A stretch of DNA of 63,276 bases, counting the filler, from Hausera hauseri (lineage: Eukaryota): the NCBI GenBank assembly GCA_046269625.1. It is 9 parts of 9 records of this genome, joined end to end, with 100 filler letters (N's around TTAATTAATTAA, not from the genome) between each part and the next. Parts side by side here need not be neighbours in the genome. Positions count along the whole stretch, not along the records: positions 37,846 to 52,939 come from JBJURY010466577.1; positions 53,040 to 57,764 come from JBJURY010460689.1; positions 57,865 to 63,276 come from JBJURY010260066.1; 6 more parts are not named here. The stretch is one strand, 5' to 3'. Below the pieces are notes generated by a model. It did not search any database, was not told the DNA's origin, and saw nothing but the letters and a program-made list of their open reading frames with translations. Each line of letters opens with the position of its first letter. Within the stretch, counting starts at the first letter, position 1. Shown here one piece after another: positions 49,901 through 60,885 of the stretch. Position numbers and translations under genes: made by a program.

Positions 49901-52900
49901 TACCATAACAGGATGCACATGGAAAATTGCAACAGCAATTATTAGACCAATAGGAAGAATCCTTATGGTACATCAAGAGCATAGATGGAAACAGGGAATA
50001 GAAAAACATGTAAATTACATTCCACCTCACAAAAAATATCATAAAAAACCTCCAAAACCGCCTAAACGAACGTCGGGATCAGTTAAAGGAAGTTTGAACG
50101 ATTTACGACAACGATTTAAAAAATATGCGTCAAGTAACCAAGAGGAAGAATACGATAAAATCCAATGTAACGTTGATAAAAAGTGGCTTGATTACCAACC
50201 ACCATATCAGCCAATATTAAAACCATTGCCAGATTACCCAACAGCACCTCCAAATTATAAATCAGACACAATGTTGTATAGTCCCAGAAGGCCAACGTCA
50301 CCAATAACTAATATGCCACTTGTAAATCCTGAATTGGCTCAAATGTTACAAAACAAACAAAGTCAATCCACTTCGCCCAAAAACTTCGAAGAAGTATCCA
50401 TCCATGATACTTACGAACAACGAGAAAGATATGCTAAATTATCAGTAATAAAACCAGATAAACAAAATTTATATCCAACAAATCAATTAAAAAATTATCA
50501 AGAAAATACGGATGAACTTGGCCCGACAAATGTTGTAGTTTTTGGAACAAATAATTTTACCATTTCGATGCTAAGTGAAATAGAATCCACAGAAGGAGCT
50601 TTAGATCCTCATTTAAATCAGACCACACGAAGAAAAGTCGATAAAAGACCAAGAACACTAATCAAAGTTGGCGGCTCGATATTTAAAGCATTAGTAGATA
50701 CAGGTGCCTCGATATCAGTGATAAAGGAATCACTAATTCCAGAAGAAAAGAAATGTGAATTGGTTGTTCCAGATATATTACCATCCGGAACAAGTGTATT
50801 TGGAGATTCACAGACTCCAGTAGCTTATTGGGAAACCGATGTGCATATTTATGGAGAAATATTACCTGCCAAATTTAGAATAATGAAAGGACTTGTCGAT
50901 GAAGTAGTAGTTGGAATGGATATATTATCCTTGTTAAAAGATATGGTATTAGACTTGTCAACAGGACAATGTAAACCATACAAGAAAGATACCCTACCTG
51001 ATGGATATCAACAAAATACAGTTTGGATGGACACAGATGAAGATATTCCACCAATTACCGAAGTAGTACTATTTGCAAATGTAGCAATTAATGATGAAAG
51101 TAAAGATTTCTTTTTTCAACCAAAACAATTACATAATGAAGATCTAATAGTAATACCATCAGTAAGTAAAATCATTGGTAACAGAATACCAGTTAGAATT
51201 ATAAATGTCGGAGTAGGACAAACTTGGTTAAGACGAAATCAACGAATTGGAGAAGTAATCGCTTCTGTAACCGAAATAAAAGAAGAACCACCTAAACCAA
51301 AGGAGTATATTCTCTTACCAAAAATAAAAGATACCGACTTAAATTTAGAAGAATATGCTGAATTTAGTCTCACGCTATTAAAATACGAAGATGTATTTGC
51401 CAAGAATGAAGATGATTTAGGAAAATTGAAAAATTTTCAAGTTGCAATAAAGTTAAAAAAGGACCCAGAAACGGGATACGAATTGGACTTAGCAAATCAA
51501 CCTCAACCAAAATATTATCTCCCACCAGAAGCAGTTCGACAAGATCTAGATGATGAAATCAAAAGGTTAATAAGACTAAAAATAATAGAAAAAACTAATG
51601 CCCCATGGGTATCACCAACCCTAATGGTTCCAAAAAAGAACACAACGAAAAAACGTTTGTGTATTGATTTTCGGCATATAAACAATTTTATAATAAGTGA
51701 CACCTTTCCACTACCAAAAATAAAAGAAATAATCGAAAAATTGAAGAATAGTGAATTCTATATAACAATTGATTTTCAATGTGGATTTTGGCATGTTAAA
51801 ATTGACAAAGAAGACAGATACAAAACCGCATTCAGAGTACCACGAGGAATTTACCAATTTAAAAGAATGCCTTTTGGACTAAAAATAGCTCCATCAGTAT
51901 TTCAGAGACTAATGACTCAAATTCTAATAGAGGAAAACAATCCTGGCGCAGAAATAACGAGCAATAATAATGAAGGAGACATGGTATACATCGATGACCT
52001 TGTCTTAACTGGTACAAGTTTTAATCAGTTAATGGAAAAGTTAGAGGATAAGTTACAACGATGTAGAAAAACAGGTTTAAAAATCAACCCTATGAAGTGT
52101 AAATGGTTTAAACGTGAAATAACTTATCTTGGATTCAGAATATCAAAACAAGGAATAACTACAATGGATGATATAATTCAAAAAATTATTGAATATCCTA
52201 TACCATTAAATAAAAAACAATTACAAAGATGGTTAGGATTAGTTGGATTCTATGCAGACTTCGTGGAAAACTATGCACAAATAAACTCACCATTATACCG
52301 ACTATTAAGAGCAAAAGTCAAATGGGAATGGACAGAAGAATGCCAAAATGCTTTAGACGAAATGAAAAAGCGGTTAATCTCAGCACCAATAATTCAATAT
52401 CCAGATTACGAACTACCATTCATTATCAAAACCGACGCAAGTGGAAAAGGTTTAGGTTACATATTGGCCCAACAAACACCACATGAAACCACAGAACATG
52501 TCATAGTCTACGGAAGTAGATCACTGAAACCCGCTGAAACTCGCTATGCAGCAACAGAACTCGAATTATTAGCAGTAAAAGAAGCTCTAAAACACTATTA
52601 TTACTACATCTATGGACAAAAAATTATTTTGTACACCGATCATATAGCGTTATTAAACAAAAAATTTGATCAAGAACTAACTAAAAGGATGAATAAATGG
52701 TTAGCATATATCAAAGATTTCGATATAGAATTCAGATACAGACCTGGTAAAAACAATACGGATGTAGATGCATTATCTAGAATGTATGAAAATATTTCAT
52801 CCTTGGACGAGAAAGAGCATTTATTTAACAAACTCTTAAAACAATATCGAGAAATAAATACGAACAGTATAGCCGAAAAACAAACAGAAGACCAACAAAC

Positions 52901-52939
52901 TGGTTATATCATTAACTATGTGAAAACAAGAAAATTTCC
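43935..52939 (+). CDS. Giant Gag-UBL-Env-PR-RT-RNaseH polyprotein (continues through the circular junction to 40212; ~3,764 aa)
   Basis: Capsid motif IPKYNGDP; CCHC at 44799-44840; UBL at 47112-47333; signal peptide at 48111-48173; glycoprotein with YDC/CGMHSH; TM ~49800-49970; DTG at 50697; YIDD at 51987; IKTDASG. Confidence 0.95.
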
Positions 52940-53172
52940 NNNNNNNNNNNNNNNNNNNNNNNNNNNNNNNNNNNNNNNNNNNNTTAATTAATTAANNNNN
53001 NNNNNNNNNNNNNNNNNNNNNNNNNNNNNNNNNNNNNNNCGTTTTAGACAGAGTCATTTATTTAATCAGTTTTTTATTGGATGTTGTTATTTGGTAAAGC
53101 CTTGTCCAAGCCAGTTTTTTATATTCTTTTTATCAGTAGGGTTCTTTAGGAGCAACATATAAAGTTATTAAA

Positions 53173-53274
53173 CTATACATATATGTGTTTTAGAGGACAA
53201 TAATGTTGCAGGATTCGAGTTGCAGAACGTTCGAATCCTGCAACATTATTGTCCTCTAAAAGACATATGTATAG
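53173..53274. repeat. Hairpin or short MITE-like palindrome
   Basis: Perfect 31-bp inverted repeat (53188-53218 / 53231-53261) with a 12-nt loop and imperfect outward extension. Confidence 0.85.
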
Positions 53275-54199
53275 GTGAAGAAAATACTTATCGAAATCCG
53301 GAAGAAAATCCGGAAGCCGAATTTGGGTAATTTTGAAAATCCATAGAATTAGCGGGAATGTAACAATCGGCAATTTGTGTAATTGCAAATAAAATTCCAA
53401 AATTACCGGATTTCACAAATTTTTAGGAAGTATAAAAGCTGCTGTCGGTGACCAACAATAACAATTATTATTACAATACTACTTGTTTATTACGAAGATT
53501 CTTTTGTGAAAATTCTCGGAAAACTCGACAGTTGTCAAAGGCGAGTTCATCTGACATTTCAACAATTGCTTATGATCATAATCGTAATTTACAGAATTAT
53601 CCCTGAGAGGTTAATTTACCAGATTTTACAACGCAACAACTTTACGAAATATTTTATACCATTTATCGCGAATTACACTTCTCATAAACTCGACAATCAT
53701 GCCGACTATTTCCTCAGTATTACCATACGAAAGAAGATTTCTACATGAAAGTGTCGATACAAACTCAAGAACTTGATGACTATTATTAAACTAGATAATA
53801 TCTCAACTCGATATTGCGATAAAAATCATTCTCTTAAAAGACAAATCCAGAACAACATTAATATTTCGTGACAAATTTCTCAATATATTCCTCCGAACTT
53901 AACGGTAAAGCTAGTTGTCGTAAGTATTAATTATCGACAAATATAATTGTTATTATTATTGTTATTCGATTCCAACACTTGCTATATCATACGATTACTA
54001 CGACCCAATTCTTATTGAAATCAGACTTCATTTCATGAACACTGATTCCAATGTCTTTTTGACTTTAATGAAAGTCGCTTTAGCTTGGTCACATATGTTT
54101 TGCTGACCGATTTACTGGTATCTTGTCAATCGTCATCGGTTTTATCGTTTAGAGTACTATATAGTGAGTTATTTTCGAAGTCTTTCTTTTAGTAACTTC

Positions 54200-55043
54200 C
54201 TTTTCCATTTTGCATTATTATTCGCTAGGAAACAATTTGCTACTTCGGGTACTACCGCTATTAAGATTTTCCATGAGCATCAAACTGCTGCGTAGATACC
54301 TTATGCTTTACCGAGAGTAGTGAATATCGTTTGTAAGGCGCTAATGATAAAATATATTGCAACGAAGCCTGAGACTGCATGTCCGAAATATGGGAATTTT
54401 CCCCACATCTTCTCAATAACATTTCTTCTAACTTTCTTTAGGTAGTCTTTTCCCATCAGATTCTCCCACTATAGTGATCCTTCTCCATCGCACATCACTC
54501 TTCTCGTCAGTTCCGTTATTACTTGCTGTGTTTGCTGGAGAATAACAACATTCGTCGGTAACCTTTTACATTCTGCTCCGTATAGATTCCTCCTTGTGAG
54601 ATACCGGTGAGCGGTTCAAATTATTCATTTCTTTGCAAGTTTATCAGGCTAAGCGTCTCTGGTTTTGTTACGGTTTCTCTCTTTAATATTCTAATCCACT
54701 TATCATCCATTTTAAGCATGGCTGAGATATTAGAAGTGCAATTATCTTAGTTGGTTGGTTTTAAATTGGCGTCTAGCAGGATTCTTGTTACTGGCATCTC
54801 ATATCTAGGTTTCATGTTATAGACTACTGGTAATTCTGACGTGCATTCCTCAGTTGGTCTTATTAATAATTCTACTTTTTTTCCAATTATTTTGCCTATT
54901 ACTCCACAGACAAATTGCATTACCGGTACTACAATATCTGGGTTATTTATCACTAGAGCCATCTTATTAGGTACTATCTGGTAATTTAACTTACCGTTCT
55001 TGGTGCGATAGTATTTTTTATATCGTAATTTACTCCATAACAC
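54200..55043 (-). pseudogene. Degenerate chuvirus-like glycoprotein C-terminal half, homologue of the env in the 43935 polyprotein
   Basis: KMALVINNPD, CTSELPV...RYEMPVTRILL, WGKFPYFGHAVSGFVAIYFII..GIY...CSWKI align by eye with KLSLITSNPD, CTAEIPI...RYATPITRILL, FGSFQWFGNIAAGVLAIYYIL..GIY...CTWKI. Confidence 0.82.
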
Positions 55044-56829
55044 GTGCCCTTCATAGTCTTATCGATTCTTCTAACTCTAAAAGTCTGAGTGTACTTTATT
55101 TTTGTCGTACTTCTGGAATTTGCACGTTTTGTATAGTTATTACTCCAATTTTAAAGGGGTCTTGACATTCTGCTTGTTATATATTGATTGAATCAAAAGG
55201 TGTCGTTTGTTCTATTATAGCAGAATTCCCCGATTAATAAGTGCAGTAAAACAAAAAGAACGATTTCTTTACGTAATATTGATGGTATATATATGGAATG
55301 TTTAGTATCCTGGTATCAATCGATGGAAGAAGCAGTATATCAACAAACTAGCATTGGGTTTTGTAGTTTTGTTTTGATTTTTGAATCACTTATAGAAGAA
55401 GTACCGTAAAGCAGAAGTTACAAAAGTGGAATCATGTATGCAAGAAGTGCCGTAAATTTCTATATAACAATAAAATATAGTTTACATATGTATTAATTCA
55501 ACATGAGACGTTAAATCTTTTGTTGGACGTGTTGTCTATTTTATGGTTTCATATAGGGAAACCACTTAAGCAATAAGTACCATAAATGCCTATGTAACAA
55601 TATTACTTACATATATCAATTCAACATGAGACGTTATGCATATTTAATTATGAGTTATAAAATGGTATTTAAAAAATGAAGGAAGAAACATGAAGTTGTG
55701 TTTATACAAAATGTACATTATGCAGCAGCAGCTTTTCCAATATTCCTGTACTATGTTAATACTCCAATTGGTTTACCCATGTTTTGAAAATCGGTGTATT
55801 GGTTGCTCCTGCATTTCATCCATACTTTTTGTACACTTCAATCAAATTGAAAATAATATATTTGGATATCTTTGTTTCATAACATTGTTTCCATTGAATT
55901 TCACAAAGGTTAGAATTGACAGTTTCAAGATCACTGTGACTAGGCACGTTGATGACATGTTCCATAATGTTGGAAAGTAATAGTTTGAAGTTTGCGTTTT
56001 TTGGATACAGACACAATTTATATCTCTTATGTTTACTACTTTATATGTGCGTGTTAAAACAATACATTAACACATGAAAAAGACGATAAGACACTAAAAC
56101 ATACGAATTTATTCATAAAATAGAAAAACTTTCAATGAACAGACTCTACGTCCAATCCGTTTGTCCAGCTTAATAGCATTTGTCAATGTCACCAGTATCT
56201 AATGTTATCACTATTTCACCATCTTCTTCTTCTTCTTCTTAATAAGTGTATAATATTTTCATTCCATTGAAAATTTGTTTCCCTAGAATAATTTTGTACC
56301 TTGCATGTTATACCAATCTGCTAAAATATGTTCTCATATTAATTTGGATTCCATGATCGGCCATCGTCCATCTTTTCAATATTAAAGGGACTCCGAATGA
56401 TATTCTTCCATCTATCACTGGCAAATTGAACCTACCCTCATTTTGACTTCTCGTTATATCTTCAATCATTTTCAAATTATGACAAAATTTGTTTAATATT
56501 CATACGTTTTATCATTTATTTTATTGGCTGCAATTTTCTGAAAATTAGTATAAATAAAGTGACCATTTACATTTATTTTGGAATCAAATTTAATTTCAAT
56601 TGGAATTTAACTTTAAATCAAATTTAACTTAAAACGAATAGAAATTTATAGTACTTCTTGCATGAGTAGTTCCCCAATATTAACCAAAATGGTTATAAGC
56701 AAATCATTTTTAATATTACAAAACGCCATACAAGAAGAGTTTATTAACACATAAGTTTGAGTATTTTTTGTTTCATGCTGGGGGATGACTTATTCAAGAA
56801 GTACCATAAATTTCTATTCCATGTTAATT

Positions 56830-57270
56830 TAAATTTGTATTATTTATAAATTTGATTTTAAGTTAAAATTGATATTTTGTAAAATTTGATTTACTTATAA
56901 ATTTGATTGTAAGTTAAAGTTGATTTCAATTTATATTTGGTTTAAGTTAAATTTGATTTTAGGTTATATTTGATTTACTTCTTAGTTCAATTTTTTGTTA
57001 AATTTTATTTTAGGTCAAACTCGATTTTAAGCTAAATTCCATTTGAAGATAAATATGATTATAATATTTATTTCATTTTAAATTAAATTCTATTTTAAGT
57101 CAAATTCGATTTTAAGTTATATTAGACTTTAATCTAAATTTGAATTTAGTTAAATTTGATTTGAAGATAAATATGGTCATAATTTATATTTGATTTCACG
57201 AAAAATTTGATTTTAAATTAAATTTGAGTTTTAGTAAAATTTGATTCTAAGTAAAATTCGATTTTAGTGA
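56830..57270 (+). repeat. Degenerate AT-rich tandem array (~17-nt unit AAATTTGATTTTAAGTT)
   Basis: Many imperfect copies of aaattYgattttaagtt. Confidence 0.75.
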
Positions 57271-57289
57271 AAACGGATATAGTACAAGA

Positions 57290-57390
57290 GTTATGTAGGA
57301 ACGAATTTACACGAAAATCCATCAGCTACAAACCATTTCCTCTAAAAAGAAGGCACTGGACCCGTTTGATGATAAACAGCATTGAGCTCA
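57290..57390 (+). pseudogene. Possible Polinton-type DNA polymerase B C-terminal scrap
   Basis: HQLQTISSKKKALDPFDDKQ resembles the K.ALS.FDDKR C-terminal motif; very short. Confidence 0.4.
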
Positions 57391-57513
57391 TATAAACAAA
57401 AGTGTTGCTTACGGAAATTTACATGTAAATCTGCAAACTTGTATGCGTCTTTTCTAATTGGTTGGATTCTTGTATATACATATCACAGAACCTATACTCT
57501 GAATTCACTCATT

Positions 57514-57764
57514 ATGAATACATTCACTTGGATATTAGATAACTTTAAGAGTCACAAGAAAATTGTTACAATATGCAATGATTCTCTCAGTCTTCAACGG
57601 TACTATTTCTATATTCCACTTTATCCGGATGGTGATGGTATAAGAAGAAATAAACGTTTATCAGTATTCTTCACAATTGTAAAAAATGAATACGACGATT
57701 CGTTGCAATAGCGTTTCTCTGCAAATATTTATATATCCTTACTGAATGGACAAGGTGAAGTGTC
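57514..57764 (+). pseudogene. TRAF-type MATH domain fragment
   Basis: FTWILDNF, LYPDGDG..LSVFFTIVKNEYDDSLQ*RF..ISLL (conserved W replaced by a stop). Confidence 0.8.
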
Positions 57765-57864
57765 NNNNNNNNNNNNNNNNNNNNNNNNNNNNNNNNNNNN
57801 NNNNNNNNTTAATTAATTAANNNNNNNNNNNNNNNNNNNNNNNNNNNNNNNNNNNNNNNNNNNN

Positions 57865-58018
57865 TACTTTCCTGTTTAGTACGTAATTTTTCCTGTTCCT
57901 GTTTATGCAGCGCGCCATGTTTTTGCGTTCGTATAAATTGCGCTACACATCTTTGTGTTCACTTGTCGTGCTTTGTGGTTTGGCAGCCAGTTCTACTATC
58001 ACACACGCCCTTTTCCCC
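57865..58018 (-). repeat. PPT and start of 3' LTR of the F-env Gypsy element
   Basis: Minus strand GGGGAAAAGGG (58018-58008) followed by TGTGTG at 58005; cut by the contig end. Confidence 0.6.
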
Positions 58019-58880
58019 ATTAAAAGATATTATTTTCTACACACAAGTAGATAAAAATTTCTTTTCTATCTACTGTCCCTCATAATTTTTCATTCTTGCT
58101 TTAGGTACTACCTATATCACTCTAGTAATAATAGCATCACTTATGCATTTAACCAATCAACACTTGAAAAATTAAAAACTAATGACCAAATATCAATTTC
58201 TTACAACATCTCATCATCGGCAACTTCAAAGAATTCAAAATTTCAATTTCTAACCATACTATTTACATGACATTTATAAATTCTTCTAATTAATACCAAG
58301 TAATCAATACAAGTGTGGTGGCTTGTCACATTATTTCTCCTTCATCGACCACCAGCAAATATCATCATACATATTATATACACATTATTATCCTCAATAA
58401 CAATTAACTTTAACACAACATGTCTACCCTATTTATTCCTTGCACTGTTAATTTCTCTTTCGTCCTTCACACTCATCCGTCATGGACATCTACTTGGATG
58501 TACATGGTATCTGTGGGTTTCTTTTAACCACTTTAATTCCCCACAGTGACCTCATTCGCACTTCCTTTCACACTTCTCATTCGCGGGTTTGGGTTGGTTC
58601 TTAAGTCTCCCAGTCCCAACGTTAGTGCAAGTGCTAAAATTTCGAAAAAATTTTCTGGTGTCTCTTGGGCTTGTCCTTATTATATGCCCCTCGCCCAATA
58701 AAAAGTATTTTCCATTCTTCTCTAAGAGTGGGAAATATCTTTTCTCACTCTAAGTTAAATTATCCATCCGCCCCTAGTATAACATTTAAACCATCTTTTC
58801 CACTATATCCTTTGCTTTATCTTTTAGCCCTGTTTAAGAACTATTGGTGAGAAGAAGGGTTCTCCCATTCTACTGGTGTT

Positions 58881-60854
58881 TTAAGCTTTTTGGATCGTCA
58901 GGTTGGGGTAAATTGACCCAATATCCCTGTACTCTATCCGCCTCTCTGTTGTGGTTAGTTCTCCTCTTTCTGCTTGCTCGTATTTCTTATTTTCTTTGTG
59001 CTTAACATATGTGTCTTTTATTCTCTTCCACAAATTATATCGCTTACTAAGCCCAAAGATTAGACCGCATATTGTGACTGCTGCTACAATGCTTATGATA
59101 CCTATGTCCTTTGTTCTATTTCTATCGTCAATCTCTTGAATGGCTTGGAATTGTTCTAATTCGTTTAACATCTCATTATAGTTTATCTTTTCTATTGCCT
59201 TTAGATGAGTGGGAGCTTTCCCAAATGTAAACTTTAAGTTCTTTACCGCTGTTTCTGCTTCTAGGTTCTTCCACTGCTGCTCAGTAATGTCGATGTTGAT
59301 AGTATTAATCTTCGATGTCTCGACATTCACCTGCGAGTCAAATGTCTGTGGTTCTGCAATGACCATTTCTTTCGAATATAAGGAACATCCTGTTTCTAGT
59401 TGAAGTACTTCCAGTTTCTTTGTTAAATGTACTGCTTCTGTCTCCAGTTTTCCTTCCCGTTCGCATAATTTCTGTGCTTTTAATTCAGTTTTCGTGATTA
59501 CTATCCACGTGCCTCTACCAATCTTTGTTGCCTGCGGTATCTGCGATCTCTTGACTAATTCTTTTCGACAAAGTTCCTCAGCTCTTTCTCTGTTACCTTC
59601 GTACATGTTCAAGATACACGATTCTGCTTGTTTTGTTGTATACATTGGTTGTGAAACTTCGCAATATGCAGTGATCGCTCTGCGGCAGTTGTTAAATTCT
59701 TCCTGCTGTAGAATCGTATACATGGTGCCTGCCTTATTAATCAGTAGCGCCTTTCCGTCTGGAACATTTCTAATGTAATAATTTTTCCACCATTCGTTCT
59801 GTTTGTCTTTTCTATCGTCGTTTACCCTTCCAATACTGGTGACTTCGTATAGTTCATATTCTTCGTTCGTGTCGACTAATGGAATATTCATCGTCATGAT
59901 AAGCTGACCTCTATTCACATAAGTTTCCGTTTCTAACTGCTCATAATAGTCGATTAGATGTTCGTTGATGTTAATCGGCATTCTAAGATTTGGTGGAATA
60001 TTTCGTTGGATGCCTTCTAAAATCACTTTTAGTTCAGTTGGATTCATTGCATTGACGTTCAATCTCTTTAGGGTTGTGAGACTTATAATATCTTCTATAT
60101 TGTTCGCAATTCTCTCGGTTCTTCTCACTAGTTCGCTACATCTGCCTTCAAGTGACATCAGCATTCCTAGCGTGTTTATTCTAACTTCGAGTTCCTTGGT
60201 CATATTTTCCATGTTACCTTCCATTTCTTGCATATAATTTTCAATTCTAGTTATATGGGTTGCATACTCATTGATTTTTCTTCTATTTTCCCCGATTTCT
60301 CTGTTTGACACGTTAATTGCTGATATGCTGCGCTCTACTACATGTTTCATAATTTCAATGTTGCCATTAATGACGTGGACGCTTTGCTTTATGTTTTGTA
60401 CTTCATCGTCTTTTGCTGTGCCAAATAGGGTGTCTAGGATATCCCCTATAAATGGTAATATTGCTCGCTTCTCTTTACTTCTATTAATCCAATTCAGTCT
60501 CTCTTTTACGTTCCGAATTTCGTCTTGCCACTGTCTTACTTCTTTCTCCAATTCTAACATCATGCTCTGGAAATGTGTAGCATTCGTCGTCTTTTGAATT
60601 CTATTGCTTGCGTATACTCTGGCGTGTAGCAGTCTTCTAGCTCTCCCTAATTTTTCTTCTACATCTATTATTTGTCTTTGGAAATTCGTTAGTGACTGCA
60701 TGATCACTAATTTCCAGTGGGCTTTCACTTGGTGGATTTCTTTAACTTTGACAAACACTGTACCTTCACTTTGAAAGATTTCTTCTCTGGCTTGCGTCGA
60801 AACGACGATTATCCAGCTTGTGATGACAGTCATCAACCGATGAGAATTCATCAT
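58881..60854 (-). CDS. env: F-type (baculovirus F/errantivirus-like, class I) envelope protein, intact
   Basis: Signal peptide, basic cleavage site RSKEKR followed by fusion peptide AILPFIGDILDTLFGTA, heptad repeats, Cys-rich region, C-terminal TM; acceptor-like TTCCACAG just upstream. Confidence 0.9.
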   Translation of the reverse strand: MMNSHRLMTVITSWIIVVSTQAREEIFQSEGTVFVKVKEIHQVKAHWKLVIMQSLTNFQRQIIDVEEKLGRARRLLHARVYASNRIQKTTNATHFQSMMLELEKEVRQWQDEIRNVKERLNWINRSKEKRAILPFIGDILDTLFGTAKDDEVQNIKQSVHVINGNIEIMKHVVERSISAINVSNREIGENRRKINEYATHITRIENYMQEMEGNMENMTKELEVRINTLGMLMSLEGRCSELVRRTERIANNIEDIISLTTLKRLNVNAMNPTELKVILEGIQRNIPPNLRMPININEHLIDYYEQLETETYVNRGQLIMTMNIPLVDTNEEYELYEVTSIGRVNDDRKDKQNEWWKNYYIRNVPDGKALLINKAGTMYTILQQEEFNNCRRAITAYCEVSQPMYTTKQAESCILNMYEGNRERAEELCRKELVKRSQIPQATKIGRGTWIVITKTELKAQKLCEREGKLETEAVHLTKKLEVLQLETGCSLYSKEMVIAEPQTFDSQVNVETSKINTINIDITEQQWKNLEAETAVKNLKFTFGKAPTHLKAIEKINYNEMLNELEQFQAIQEIDDRNRTKDIGIISIVAAVTICGLIFGLSKRYNLWKRIKDTYVKHKENKKYEQAERGELTTTERRIEYRDIGSIYPNLTIQKA

Positions 60855-60885
60855 TTTCTGTGGAATTATATATTCCTTGTTACTG

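Larger units (their letters stand above)
37846..52939 (+). mobile_element. Complete envelope-bearing Ty3/Gypsy LTR retroelement, circularly permuted (unit ~15,017 bp)
   Basis: 77-nt identical ends (37846-37922 = 52863-52939) join pol in frame. Single LTR flanked by PPT and PBS. No stops or frameshifts in the ORFs. Confidence 0.95.

Noticed and set aside
43954-52486. Short antisense and alternate-frame ORFs over the polyprotein (and over other long ORFs)
   Set aside because: Shadow ORFs expected from codon bias; no motifs.
53205-53245. tRNA gene suggested by GTTCGAATCC
   Set aside because: No acceptor, D or anticodon arms; the motif is part of a long palindrome.
56170-56470. Possible retropepsin-like fragment (YKIILGK) on the minus strand
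   Set aside because: No D(T/S)G motif; too short and degenerate to call.
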